A stretch of 64,000 bases of DNA from NCBI RefSeq assembly GCF_006345805.1, contig NC_042998.1, positions 4,340,001 to 4,404,000 on the forward strand, read 5' to 3'. The position numbers and the translations under genes are program-made. This DNA is from Octopus sinensis. Taxonomy: Eukaryota. The notes under the pieces were generated by a model. That model had not been told where the DNA came from, ran no database searches, and saw only the letters and a program-made list of their open reading frames with translations. How positions within the stretch are numbered: the first letter of the stretch is position 1; each line of letters starts with the position of its first letter. Below, piece after piece: positions 12,711 through 24,925 of the stretch.

Positions 12711-13582
12711 TGTCTTTATCGATTTTGACACTATATTTTACATGTTTTCAAGGTGATGAAAACTAAAATGAAGCGGAAGAATGGTCACTTTAGTGACCAA
12801 TGTCTCACGCAACATCATTTCATGATGGATCCTAAAATAGCACAACATCCTCGATATATAGTAGTATAGTATCCAAGTACTGAGACTGTGCGAACTTATT
12901 ACAGATACAGTTTCGAAGCAGTAATGGAAATAATCATAAGTAAGTGCCTGAAAAAATCTAACTTAGCCTCATCCGTCTAAACAATTGGATTTGAAAAGCC
13001 AAACATATAAGTGGCCCTTTACTTGGGGTAACCTTTCAATAAAAGTAAATGAAATGTACATTGAAAAAGTCATCAGGATTAAACACTTCTAACTGTTTAT
13101 TTTATTGTTACATTTTTAAAGGTGTTGCTTTCTTTTACGTAGGAAATGTACCAGGTCGGAAAATAATGACCCTTTCTACGTCTCTTTTTAACATCAATAA
13201 TTCTGTTTCTTACATTTAGACACATACACTTCTAATTTGATGTTTAGTTTTTTTTTAGTTTTTTTTTTCTCTATTTCTCAATTGTTACAAATGGTGAAGA
13301 TAACAAAGGGGCAGTGTTTCTCATTTAAAGAAAACTGATTATGCTACCCAGTCTTTAGAAATAACAACCTTCCCCATGTTCTGAGATTTAAAAAAAATAT
13401 GGAGATCATATTTAGTATTAAACACACCACTAAAAATTTTATAATATACATTTTTGCAATCAACACTCTATTTAGCAACCTGACACTGTATGTTGGAACC
13501 TGACAACAAAAGGAACGCAAAAACTTTACTTATTAGATATTCGATAGGTACAGCTATTTCTAGTATTTTCTAAAAAATTTTA

Positions 13583-14220
13583 AAAAAACATGTTATTATA
13601 GATGTTTTCGATCTAGTTTGGATTCTTTGCCACCAAATTTGAATTCTTTGCAATCAAATTTAAATTTTTCAATTGGTGCTCAAGCCTTGAAAAAAAGAGA
13701 GTTAAACTACATCAGCCGTAAGGGAATACATCCCTATCTTATCTAAATAGTCCAGTAGAGTCCACCAATTGATATCTAAAAGGTTCGATGAAATAACTCA
13801 TGAACACTGCGATAGCTTCTACCAAAAGATGCTCCATTACGTCGACCGGTCTGAACAAGGGGAGATAATAAACGAATGATTCTTTTTCTATTATCTCCCT
13901 TTGTTCAGACTGGTCGACACAACGAACCATCTTTTGGTAGAAGCTATCGCAGTATTCATGAGTTATTTCTTCGAACTTTTCAGATATCAATTGGTGGGCT
14001 CTACTGGATGAGTTAGATAACACAGACATGCATTCCCTTACGGCTGATGTAGTTTAACTCTCTTATTTTTTCAAGGCTTGGGCACCAATTGAAAAATTCA
14101 AATTTGATTGCAAAGAATTCAAATTTGATTGCAAAGAATTCAAATTTGATGGCAAAGAATTCAAATTTGATGGCAAAGAACCCAATATAGATCGAAAAAA
14201 TTTATATTAACATTTTGTTG
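13583..14220. mobile_element. Foldback-like element / long imperfect palindrome with 21-bp subrepeats
   Basis: Arms ~290-330 bp are reverse complements (about 85-90% by eye) around a centre at ~13879; GCAAAGAATTCAAATTTGAT unit x2 on left, x4 on right. Confidence 0.85.
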
Positions 14221-15169
14221 CCAAACTTAAGTTCATCATGAATGATTCCTAACCCATTTTAATGTTATAAAGCTGTTCTCTTTTTCAATTTGAATTATGA
14301 TTTATATTTTAGAAATATTTCACAGCATTTATAAAAGGCTGATTATTCTATTTGTAAATGTTTTATCGCAAATTGAAATCCTTGTCTAACAATCAGTTTG
14401 TGTAATAATATTACTTAGTTAATCATTCACAGTTTCATAAATTTCTCCTTTAATATGGTAAATTCCATGAAATACTTTTCACACGAATTATTTTGTTATA
14501 ATTCTCATAATTTGGTAAACATCTGGGTGGTGTAATTAACCATTCGTTTCTCTTTTTCCTCGAGAACTATATTATTTAAAAGCGTTACCTTTGACAAGAT
14601 ATTTGACTACAATAATTAGAATTGATTAACGTGCTTTCACTTTGGATGATAAATAAAGGTAAAAACAACAACCTACAAATGATTCTTACATGAATTTTTT
14701 TTAGCAAAGTAAGAACCTACATGCAATACAATATACTGTGGTATTCTGTTTCTGAAATATATGTTCCAGAAAAGAAAGACCTTTTGCAAAGGGCACTTAA
14801 GCTTTTCGACAATATAACATTTCAGAAAATGTATAAAGATGGGGATAATATGTAGTATGTAATGATAAATAAATTTCAGACATTTTTGATCAGAATAATT
14901 CAGAGAAATATGAACTAAGTAATTAACGATATTTAGGAACTAGATATTAAAAAGAAATCGTAGAACTGAAAATTTATTAATAAGATTAATATCATACCGA
15001 ATATTCTTTACAGACTTAAGCTTTCATTTACAATTATTGAATAAATTATTTTTATAAATATTCATGTAAAAATTATAATTTCCAATCGCACATACATACA
15101 CACACATGTCTCTCTCTCTTTCTCTCTCACTCTCTCTATCTATATATATATAATATGAATAATATATAA

Positions 15170-15178
15170 ATATATGTG

Positions 15179-15277
<99 letters not shown>

Positions 15278-15280
15278 TAC
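15170..15280. repeat. (TA)n microsatellite
   Basis: Visible. Confidence 0.95.
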
Positions 15281-16580
15281 ATACATGTATATATGGGTAC
15301 AGGACATCAAAGCAACGTTGAACACAATGAGAAATGAAAACATAAAAACAAAAACAGAAAACGAACTATATTTTTCTAACAACGAAAACTACAAACAGAG
15401 AAACAAGGCATGCATCATAAAGAATATTCCCCTTCATCAGTTGTCCCTGTTTCATCTACTCCGCGTCGCGAAGGTAAGGACAATACACGACTTAGTTGAA
15501 AGAGCCCTTCCCGCAAAGCAAATCAAATAAAATCTGGGATTTTTTGCGGAGGGTGAAAGTGGTAACAAGAACAGGACAGTGAGAAGAAGACAGTAAAAAC
15601 AAACGGTGAGAGCTGTTAAGTCAAGACGATAGAAAAATTATTATGAACGCTTGGAGGACGAGCTATGAGTGGAGAAAGGTATAAGCACGTGTTGTCTTTA
15701 GGAAGGAAATGTACAGAAAGATAGCTCCCCTTTCGTCACGTGTCAGCGACGAGAGAGTCAAGGAGGAAGAGTGAGAAAGCTGGAACGGTGAAGAGGAGAG
15801 AGGAATAGGGAAGGTTGAGAGAGAAAACCAGAAAGGATGAAGAACAAGGGAGGGAGAGAGATAGAAAAAGAAGAGATGGTAGAGATAGAAGCGTGCGCAT
15901 CGTAGTTATTAAGATAAAACTTACTTGGAAAAAGATGCGAGGCATTCGCTCATATAATAATATAATTAATATATAAACATATGCATACATACATATATGT
16001 ACATACCTACATATATATGTATATATACATGAATATATGGGTACAGGACATCAAAAAATCGTTGAACACAATGAGAAACGAAAACATAAAAACAAAAACA
16101 TAGAAAACGAAGTTTTTCGAACAACGAAAAATCAGAGAAACGAGGAATGCATCAGTTGTCCCTGTTTCATTTACTCCGCGTTTTGAAGGTAAGATATACG
16201 TACATAGCCGAATAAGCACATAAATATTAAACAACGAGGGAAAGAATAGTTCTCGAATACCGGAGGTAGAGTAATATACTTTATTATTAAAGCTGCAAAA
16301 ACATCACAAAAATATCACAAAACACTGCTACTCAGTTTCACGTTCCCGTTCATCGGGCGGTTGTGATCCTGAATGAAATAAGAAATTGAGGTTGTGCGTA
16401 TAATTTATATTTTGAAGACCACATTGAGTCAAAAAATAATTTAAAGTTAAAAAGAAATCATGCATGTCCAGAGTAAATTAATTAATGGTAAATAATTAAC
16501 CAATTAATATAAATGTAAGTTTGTTTTTAAAAATTTAGGCCATGGGTTGAGAAAGCCCGTAGATATTAATAAAACAGTAA
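15281..16580 (-). mobile_element. Penelope-like (pseudo-LTR) non-autonomous repeat with partial direct duplication and hammerhead motif
   Basis: 15285-15480 repeated at 16010-16200; hammerhead at 16324-16361; (TA)-rich flanks; no intact ORF. PLE assignment is inference. Confidence 0.55.
16324..16361 (-). ncRNA. Minimal type-I hammerhead ribozyme motif (degenerate)
   Basis: accgc CCGAUGA acg-ggaa-cgu GAAAC uga GUA gcagu; U4>C in core and one stem I mismatch. Confidence 0.6.
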
Positions 16581-16589
16581 CAACTTTTT

Positions 16590-17215
16590 TTTTCTATTAG
16601 CAATTCATACACACACATACATATAAAAATACAAGTATAAAAACTCTATACATATGAAATAACGTGCATATATTCTCATAAATACATAAACACATACATA
16701 TACACAAATATGTACACATCGGCATACATACAAATAGACAGGTGCATATATATATATATATATATACGTACCAAGATACATACATATATGTATATACATA
16801 TATATATACATATATATACATATATATACATATATATGTATATGCATACATATTTATACATACATACACATATATATATATACGCAAACATACATAAAAA
16901 TATATTCACTTACAAATATCCATATATATATAATTATATACGCACATATTTACATACACATACGCATCCATGCAGATAGATATATGCGTATAGACACTAT
17001 AAGCAAACATATAAATCCATATATAAGCACACACACGCACACGCAAAAGCTGATACAGGTTTACATACATACAAACATATTACAGACAAACATATGCATA
17101 TATATACTTGCGTATACACATAGATACCTACATACTCATACACAATCATACGTCTCCATGCGTAAGTATGTGCTAATGCACATCTATATACATTATACGT
17201 TTGTAACACAATTAA
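16590..17215. repeat. Degenerate (TA)/(CA) low-complexity tract
   Basis: Visible; source of several spurious ORFs. Confidence 0.9.
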
Positions 17216-17522
17216 CATTTGGTGTCGCTAGTTAAAGAAAGAAGAAAGGAAAAGCAAAAAAAAAAATCCATATAAGCGTTGTGGTAGAAAAAAGAGAAAA
17301 TAGAAAAACCGTTTCAATTTTGTCAATGTAGCATCTATGAAAGTATCGAGATGGAAAATAAATTAAAGGGAGCTAAACAAAGAGAAACATGAGTTGTAAG
17401 AAAGTAATCGCGTGTATATACATATGTCCATATACGCACACATAGATATACATATATATATAGATACATATACACGCGACTGTGTGTCTGGGGCGTGTTG
17501 AATATAAATATAAATATAAAAC

Positions 17523-17918
17523 ATTCTTTTCTGTTCTAGGCACAAGGCCCGAAATTTTGGGGAAGGGGCCAGTCGATTAGATCGATGCCAGTACGCAACT
17601 GATACTTAATTCATAGACCCCAAAAGGATGAAAGCAAAGTCGACCTCGGCGGAATTTGAACTCAGAACATAAAGACAGACGAAATACCTATTTCTTTACT
17701 ACCCAAAAGGGGCTAAACACAGAGAGGACAAACAAGGACAGACAAAGGTATTAAGTCGATTACATCGACCCCAGTGCGTAACTGGTACTTAATTTATCGA
17801 CCCCGAAAAGTTGAAAGGCAAAGTCGACCCCGGCGGAATTCGAAGCCGGAACGTATCGGCAGACGAAATACCTCTAAGCCTTTAACCCGGCGTGCTAACG
17901 TTTCTGCCAGCTCGTCGC
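17523..17918 (-). mobile_element. Two tandem Nin/Deu-like SINEs with different 3' tails (17523-17688; 17689-17918)
   Basis: Core GGATGAAAG(G)CAAAGTCGACC.CGGCGGAATT(T/C)GAA occurs twice; the copy at 17523-17688 lacks its 5' head. Confidence 0.9.
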
Positions 17919-19524
17919 AATATTAATAGAAATACTTAAAAGATATTCATAACATAGTAAAGATATTTTATGAAATAATCTCCCTCTTTCTCTCACATAA
18001 CCATTCTTTCTCTCATTTTATTATTATCTCCACTGCCACCATTAACATTACTACTTTTTTATAAAACATCATCAACTTTCCAGAAATGTCTTTGTTCCTC
18101 TCTTTCTCTCCTTCTCTCTTACTTTCTCTCCCTCTCTTTTTCTTTCTCTCTTCCTCTGTCTTCACCACCGCACTCACCGTCTCTATGCCTACTATTACTA
18201 TCACCCCATCTTGTGGAATAATAGGAGTGTCACTGAATAGTGAGAGAGGGGTCCTAATTGTGACACACTGACACACAGAAATTAGTTTTCGCATTTATTA
18301 TATTAGATGTGTGTGGGCGCATGTGTGCGTGTGCGCACACTGCAAAGGAAGACTGAACCTGAAACTGCGTCGCTCTGAAGTGAAAGAATTCATTAATGCT
18401 CTGTTGTTGTTGAAGTTCGAGTTATTTTCATGGTTGTATTTCGCTGTGGTTTCTCGAATTGTCCGTATTGTATTTCTCCTTTTGAAATACCAAAATTAAA
18501 ATTGCCTTTTAATAGACGGTATTTTAATAACCTGACAGCCCTTCCCGTAATTCACCAACATGAACAGTTCACCATTTATCAACATTGCAGTTAAAAAAAA
18601 ACCTAATTAGCTTCGGCAATATTTGAATCAGCTCTGTTCTAATTATACCATTTGTGAAAGAACAAATACTTAAAACAATGATATTGCTATCGTGTGAGAG
18701 AATATGGAAGTCGCATGTGAATTTATAAGAAACGCGTATTCAAGCCCTGCATTACATCATAGGCATTCAGCAAAGTGTAGTTTAATAGTCTGTGCAATAC
18801 CTGTCAATACATCTATTTTGTTCCTGTTCGCTCACATCCCATCTGTTATACTCAGCTCTTTCATTTTTCTGTTTTGGTCATTAATGTCATTAATTATATC
18901 ATTTTGATGTTATATGAATACGTTTGCAGCATTATCTTTCGATAACATCTACCTAGTTATTTAACTATTTATTTCAATTCCGTGTTTCAGCCATGCGTTT
19001 GCAGTTATACTAGGGCACAACCGTAAAATTAAATAACCTAATTGTCAATTAAACATTTAAATATCGATTTATTGGTCTGCTTAACTAATTCAGCGTTGTA
19101 TTTAGCGTACTAAGATAATTCACTAAGCTCATGCAGGTTTGCATCCCAGATACCGTAACAATTCTGTAGCGTAACACGTTGTGATAATTTTCCATTTCAT
19201 CCTAGAGTTGTAGAAGTTTTCTCATCCAACTTATTGTCAATCTCTGTAGCTTTACTCGACTGTCCTACCTGCAAAAACTGATATTTTGTTCTTTATGCGA
19301 TGTGAAAGTAACTCGTCTGTCTTAGTGAAGAGAATCAGCTGGAATTTGGTACTGGATGTCCTGAATTCTTTATGATAGTGTCTCTAGTGCAGGTGGCACG
19401 ATACACTACAACGAATCCGCAATGCATACGAGACATGTTCGTATTTCTCGATTGTCATTGAGTAATTTCACTTACACAAGTGGGGACAATTTAATTTTGT
19501 ACGTTCATTATATGTTAATATTAA

Positions 19525-19680
19525 TGTAATCTTCTGAGTTCAAATAATGCTTGGGTTGACTTTCCTTTTCATCCTTTCAAGCTCGATAAAATAAGTACCA
19601 CTTGAACACTTGGGTTGAGGTAACCGGCTCATCCATTCACTCAGAATTGCTAGCCTTGTGCCAAAATTTGAAATCAATAT
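19525..19680 (+). mobile_element. Degenerate Nin/Deu-like SINE
   Basis: CTGAGTTCAAAT..GTTGACTTT..CATCCTTT..GATAAAATAAGTACC..TTGTGCCAAAATTTGAA. Confidence 0.65.
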
Positions 19681-21649
19681 TAATGAAAATATTTTTCATG
19701 CGAACAGAGTCTACAATTTAAGTAAATTTTAAAGCAATTCTAATTTCATTCGTCAAACTTAATTAGTCACTTGTAAGGTTTCCTCATGGTACTGGAATAA
19801 TACCTAACATAACAGTATTTATCTAAACTCAGAAAAAGAACTAACATCTTGGTTGCTTTCTATATATCATTACTAATGTGCAAAAGTGTCGTAAGTCCAA
19901 AACGTTGCTTTTTCAGAAAACGGGAAAATAGTTTCAGCATTTCATAGCAAAACCCGTTGTAGTACACTTTGACAGCTTTTGATATCTTGACATCTGAAGC
20001 AGCTGGAGATACGATAATTTGACCGAAAGAACCGGCTATTGCAAGCAAAAATAGATATTGAAAAAAAACGCATTTGGCCCAGTTTGGACATACGACAGTT
20101 TAACATAATATTAACGATATGCATTTTAATGGCATATCAAATAAAAGAAAATTCTTCCTACTCATTTCAAGTTTACCACTACATATCAATACAATGAAAT
20201 ATAAGATTTATGAAAATAGTTCTCAGTCTAAAAGAAAGACGAGGACATGTGATTGGTGTAGAAGTGACATGATTAAGTCTGGTGATGGTTCGATCAAACT
20301 TTCCACAAAAAAAAATGAACAAGAAGTAGTTTCCCTATGAGGGTAATATCCTGGACCTAAGTGTGAGCGGATAATGTTATAGATGTTGATATAACAAATA
20401 AAATAACCAAACTGAAATTAGTTACATGTCACACAGGAGGAAATCTATAAAAGATATATAAAAGATATCTATTTCGTCCTGTTCTCTTTTTTCCTTTGTT
20501 TCTGTCATTATCTATTTTATCTCGCATCGTTTTATTTTTTCTCACAGCTTCCTCTCCCGTGTTGATACATCTTTTATCTAATCTGATTGTAACTAGGTTA
20601 TGTATTCCTCTACAGATTTTATGCTAGATTTTATGTCAAAACCTTCGCTTCACTATTTTGTTGTATGCATCTAGATAATTAAAATTCATTAAAAAACCAA
20701 ATATACTTTCTATCTCAAAATACAATGGTAAATAAACATTTTTCTTGTCTGAGCACTTTTTTATATTTAGGTTAGATCTCACTCAGAATTTATTTTCTCA
20801 GTTTGCACCCCCCTTCGCTAGTTGTTAGTTTGTTGCTGTTTAACACACATTAACCCACACACACACATACACACACACACACACACACACATACACACAC
20901 ACGCACACACAAATATATACACACATAAAAATAGACCCCACTCAAATACAGAATACCCCCACACAAATACATACACACTTGCAAGCACGTCTTAATACGT
21001 GGTCACTTAATTTATTTGTGCTACTTCGACTAACGCTTGACTTATGCGAACAATTTGTCATCTTTCGCTTTTGCTTAGTTTTAATTTCCTCACCACTGCA
21101 TGCCATATTTGGTTGCTTACTTCTCAGCTGATCTTCCTTTACATATCATTTATACTTTCATTTTCTTTGTCATGTATTGTTATATTTCCTAGATGACTTC
21201 CTTCGGCTATGTACAACCTACTTCTTTATGAAGTAGGGTATCATATATGAAACAGCTTAAGTAGAAAAAATATATCAGCTGAGATTATTTATACAATATA
21301 TAGATAAAATCTTCCTGTAGGCAGTTTTCAAACGTAAAAAATACAACAAAAGATATGAGATATAACTCCAATAATATCAACCATTTTAAATGCAGATAGG
21401 AGTGAATATTGTTTTGAATACAACACTATATCGTCTTTAGTTTTAATATTTACTCTTATGTTTTAAATTATTCTGGTGGAATTGTAAACTTCAAGATGCG
21501 TACTTACATCTGAAGAGTTGTATGGTCTAAAGCCGAAGTGAAAGCACCTTGTTTTGGATGAAAGCAATTTCAAAATATAGAGTGACCTATTTAGAGCAGC
21601 AAGATTTTTCTGCTCTGTAAATCAACCGATGTGTGTTACTATTTCGCTG

Positions 21650-22640
21650 AAACATACTACAAATTAAGTTTTTCGTTGGCGTGGGACAACTGCAACCTTT
21701 CGTTTGATATCATCTCCTGAATGTGTGGCAAAAACTAACACAAGGCAGGGGGCTGAGGCCAACAGATGTTCATGTTGCAAAAGAGCCCTCTTCATCCATT
21801 TCTTCGAAGAATATCGTATCTATTTCTTATAGTTCAAAGCCACTCTATAATACTCAAAATCTTTCCAAACACCACAGTTGTCTTCATTACTTCTTATTCT
21901 CTACGGAGGACACTAACCTCTCTCTGAACTCATCATCCTTTTACTTTGGGGGATCAAAACTTCTCTTAATAACTCATTCTTCCATTATGAACATTGCTGG
22001 TGCAAAAGCCAAAACACGTGATACATGCTCGGCACATCATCTAACTGCATACTTGAATGAATGAACTCTAAATATCTCCCGGCATACATTCTCTCTCCTC
22101 TTAATATGTGATTATTTTCTACATATGTAGAATATACATGGCAGCCTATTCCACATTAATGCATCGCACAAGAATACTTGTCCCTCTCCCTAAATTAATG
22201 AACTGGTTTCAGCTTCACCAGTACTACTTTGTTCATAAATTAATCCTAAAATACTTGAGACGAAACACGTGTCACTATCAAGAACATCGGGCATAACGTA
22301 AACTCCAAGATTTTTGCCGCTTTTGATAACTTGTAGAGGAATACAGACAACTGCCTTCCATTATATGTGACAGAATAGTGTCATCACTGACTTGCAAGTT
22401 CTTATGGCTCCTTCAAGACCATATAAGAGTTGTGATGTGTAGTGGGTGCTGAAAAGGCGTTACCATTGAGCATGAAGGGCAGATAACTCAGATACTAGCC
22501 GAGCTTCCTTAGATATTTAATTATTTAAATTTTGAAATGCAGTTCTTTTTGCAGATTCGATATCTCCGCCCTCGATATAGTGTGCTCCTGTAAAAAAAAA
22601 AATCCCAAAGGTGGGTGCGGTCCATGATCTTTACCTCCGC
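21650..22640 (-). mobile_element. Possible highly decayed LINE (APE-domain region)
   Basis: Purine-rich minus strand with a weak YAP..EE-like remnant; no intact motif. Confidence 0.25.
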
Positions 22641-22959
22641 CTTAAAATGTATTGTGTAGACATTCGAGCGTATGTGTAATTACTCAATTTGTGTACTTAC
22701 TATTTTTTTCCATTTACATTTGATACTTTGTAAACTTTCCGGTGTTGATTTCGCATGTGTTTCGCACGTTTCAATGAGACATCGTGCATAGGAGAAACTG
22801 CGCTTTGCATGGCTTTACAATTTCCTTGTTTGTGATTATTTTCGATAAAAGACCGCTTCCTCCAAGTCTTCCACCGGTTCCTTTATCACATTCCACCGAC
22901 GTTATAGCACATCTATGTCCGGTGTAGCACATCTATGTTGTTATTCAGCGCGGAGCTGT

Positions 22960-23085
22960 CTTGTTTTTGTTGTTGTGGTGGTTGTCGTTGTTGTTGTTCT
23001 TGTTCTTCTTTTTCTTCTTCTTCTCTTCTTCTTCTTCTTCTTCTTCTTCTTCTTCTTCTTCTCTTCTTCTTCTTCTTTTTCTTCT

Positions 23086-23130
<45 letters not shown>

Positions 23131-23198
23131 GACTACGACTACTACTGTTGCTGCTGCTGCTGCTATTATTATCATTATTATTATTATTATTATTATTG
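22960..23198. repeat. Compound trinucleotide microsatellite (GTT)(CTT)(CTA)(GCT)(TTA)
   Basis: Visible. Confidence 0.95.
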
Positions 23199-23490
23199 TT
23201 CAGTAGTCGTATTTTTTTACATGCTCTCAGTGCACTATTGAGTACAACTATGTGCGCCCTCGCCATATGCTGTGGTTTGTAATGGTGTTGTTATTTTTAG
23301 TATATTGAAAGTGCTTTAAGTAGGATATATGCGGTGCCTAATAGAGCTATTTTCTCTGTTATACATATTCGTAAGTCCTGGTGTTTTAGATGCATATTTC
23401 TCTGGCTGTTCTTCATTCATATCTAATGCACCTATTATAACAGGGAATGTTTCTCTTTCTAGGCTCCACATTCGGGTTATCTCTATTTTC
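23199..23490 (-). mobile_element. Older R4/Dong family-A-like 3' fragment
   Basis: Minus strand: IEITRMWSLERETFPVIIGALDM..LLGTAYILLKAL; 3'UTR resembles family A end. Confidence 0.75.
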
Positions 23491-23503
23491 ATTATTATTA
23501 TTA

Positions 23504-23554
<51 letters not shown>

Positions 23555-23595
23555 CATCATCATCATCATTATTATTATTATTATCATCATCATCA

Positions 23596-23629
<34 letters not shown>

Positions 23630-23772
23630 CTCTATTTCCATTATTATTGTTATCATTATCCCTAATTCCATTACAGTTTTTCTATCATTCTCCTCCTTCT
23701 CTTCCTCCTCCTCCTCATTATTATTATCATTATTATTATTATTATTATTGTTATTGTTGTTGTTGTTGTTGT

Positions 23773-24925
23773 TCTGAGAGACTCTCAGATAGTTCTTAAT
23801 TTCCGGTTATTCTTTACTTGAATGCAGGCAATAACAAATCACCAATGGTTTCAAGTAATGCCTTCTCCTCTGACTCAAAGAGACAATACTCTCCTAAGAA
23901 AGCGAGCTCTACCTAGCAATGCTGTCTTCTGGATTACTTCGAGCCTGACAACAGCTCTTGGAAACTGGTCTCAATGCTCCAATTACCACCGGCATCACCA
24001 TTAATTTCCTCATGCCCCATAACTTTACTGTCATGTTCCGCAGTGGCTGGTATTTCGCAATCTTTTCTCTTTCCTTACACTTCACCCTCGAATCGCCTGG
24101 CATTGCAACATCTATTATCTTCGCTTCTTTTTCATCTACAGCTAAGTTGTGTTGAGTGCTCATTAAAAAGTTTAGCCAAAAATTCGGAATCTTATCTATA
24201 CCTGGGGATTTCCATTTTTTGACTATTGTTCTAGTATTCTTGCATTAGATATTGTTCTAGTAATCTAACAGTTCATTGCTGGCGTGGTCATTTATAGTGT
24301 TTTTAGTATCAACTGATAGTCCACCTTCAAAGGGTTCTGTTTTGCTGGTTTGAGTTAGTGATTTCCTAACTTTTTGCATATGGGTATAAGTGAGTGTTAT
24401 ACTGAGCTGACTCTTGACAGATCTCTCTATTTTGTCAGTTTCGCTGTCAGTCTTTTATTTTTTAGGATATCACGTCTCACAGATCCTTGTTTATTACTGT
24501 CAATGTACAGCCTACTATATAGGTTTTTGCACCTCCAGATATTGTAGGTCTCTTTTTGTATTTCTTGGTTTAGTCTTGAATAAAAATAAGCATGCATAAC
24601 TTCGATATATTCCTCATTAGCCCATTTCAGTCTTGTATTTGTATTTCTTTGAGATAGGTTTGATAGTTGATCCTGAGCGTCAGTTTCGGGAATATCCCTG
24701 GTTTGGTTTGCAACAGGTTCTTGAGAAGGCTGGTCCTGATTTAAAGACTTTTCGAGCTCAGTGTCAGAACCTGAGGTCACCGATGAAACCGTTCTTCGAA
24801 CGACACGGGTTCTAGGAGGTATTTCCATGGTTGGCATCCATGACCGTGCTTATAAGCGCACAGGGTTAACCAGTTGTCTGGTTCTTTGGGTAATGTTCAG
24901 AGGACCCAAGCATCATCCTTTTCTG
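23773..24925 (-). mobile_element. R4/Dong-type element with N-terminal domain and RLE domain but no RT (internal deletion)
   Basis: ORF 24427-24837 (RLKWANEEYIEVMHAYF..YNIWR..VRRDILK) homologous to 52345-53133; ORF 23909-24163 (IIDVAMPGDSRV..EKIAKYQPL..LW..PVVIGAL) only ~260 bp away; (AAC)/(AAT)n tail. Confidence 0.75.

Noticed and set aside
13739-14029. 96-aa ORF
   Set aside because: Runs through the palindrome centre with mirrored sequence; not gene-like.
15425-15475. GAAAC..CTGATGAAGG on the minus strand as a permuted hammerhead
   Set aside because: No stem I can be formed and the upstream GAAA is mutated in both copies.
21170-21260. Faint similarity (TTCGGCTATGTAC..ATGAAACAG) to the 16040-16260 repeat; also 28420-28610
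   Set aside because: Too diverged to call without an alignment.
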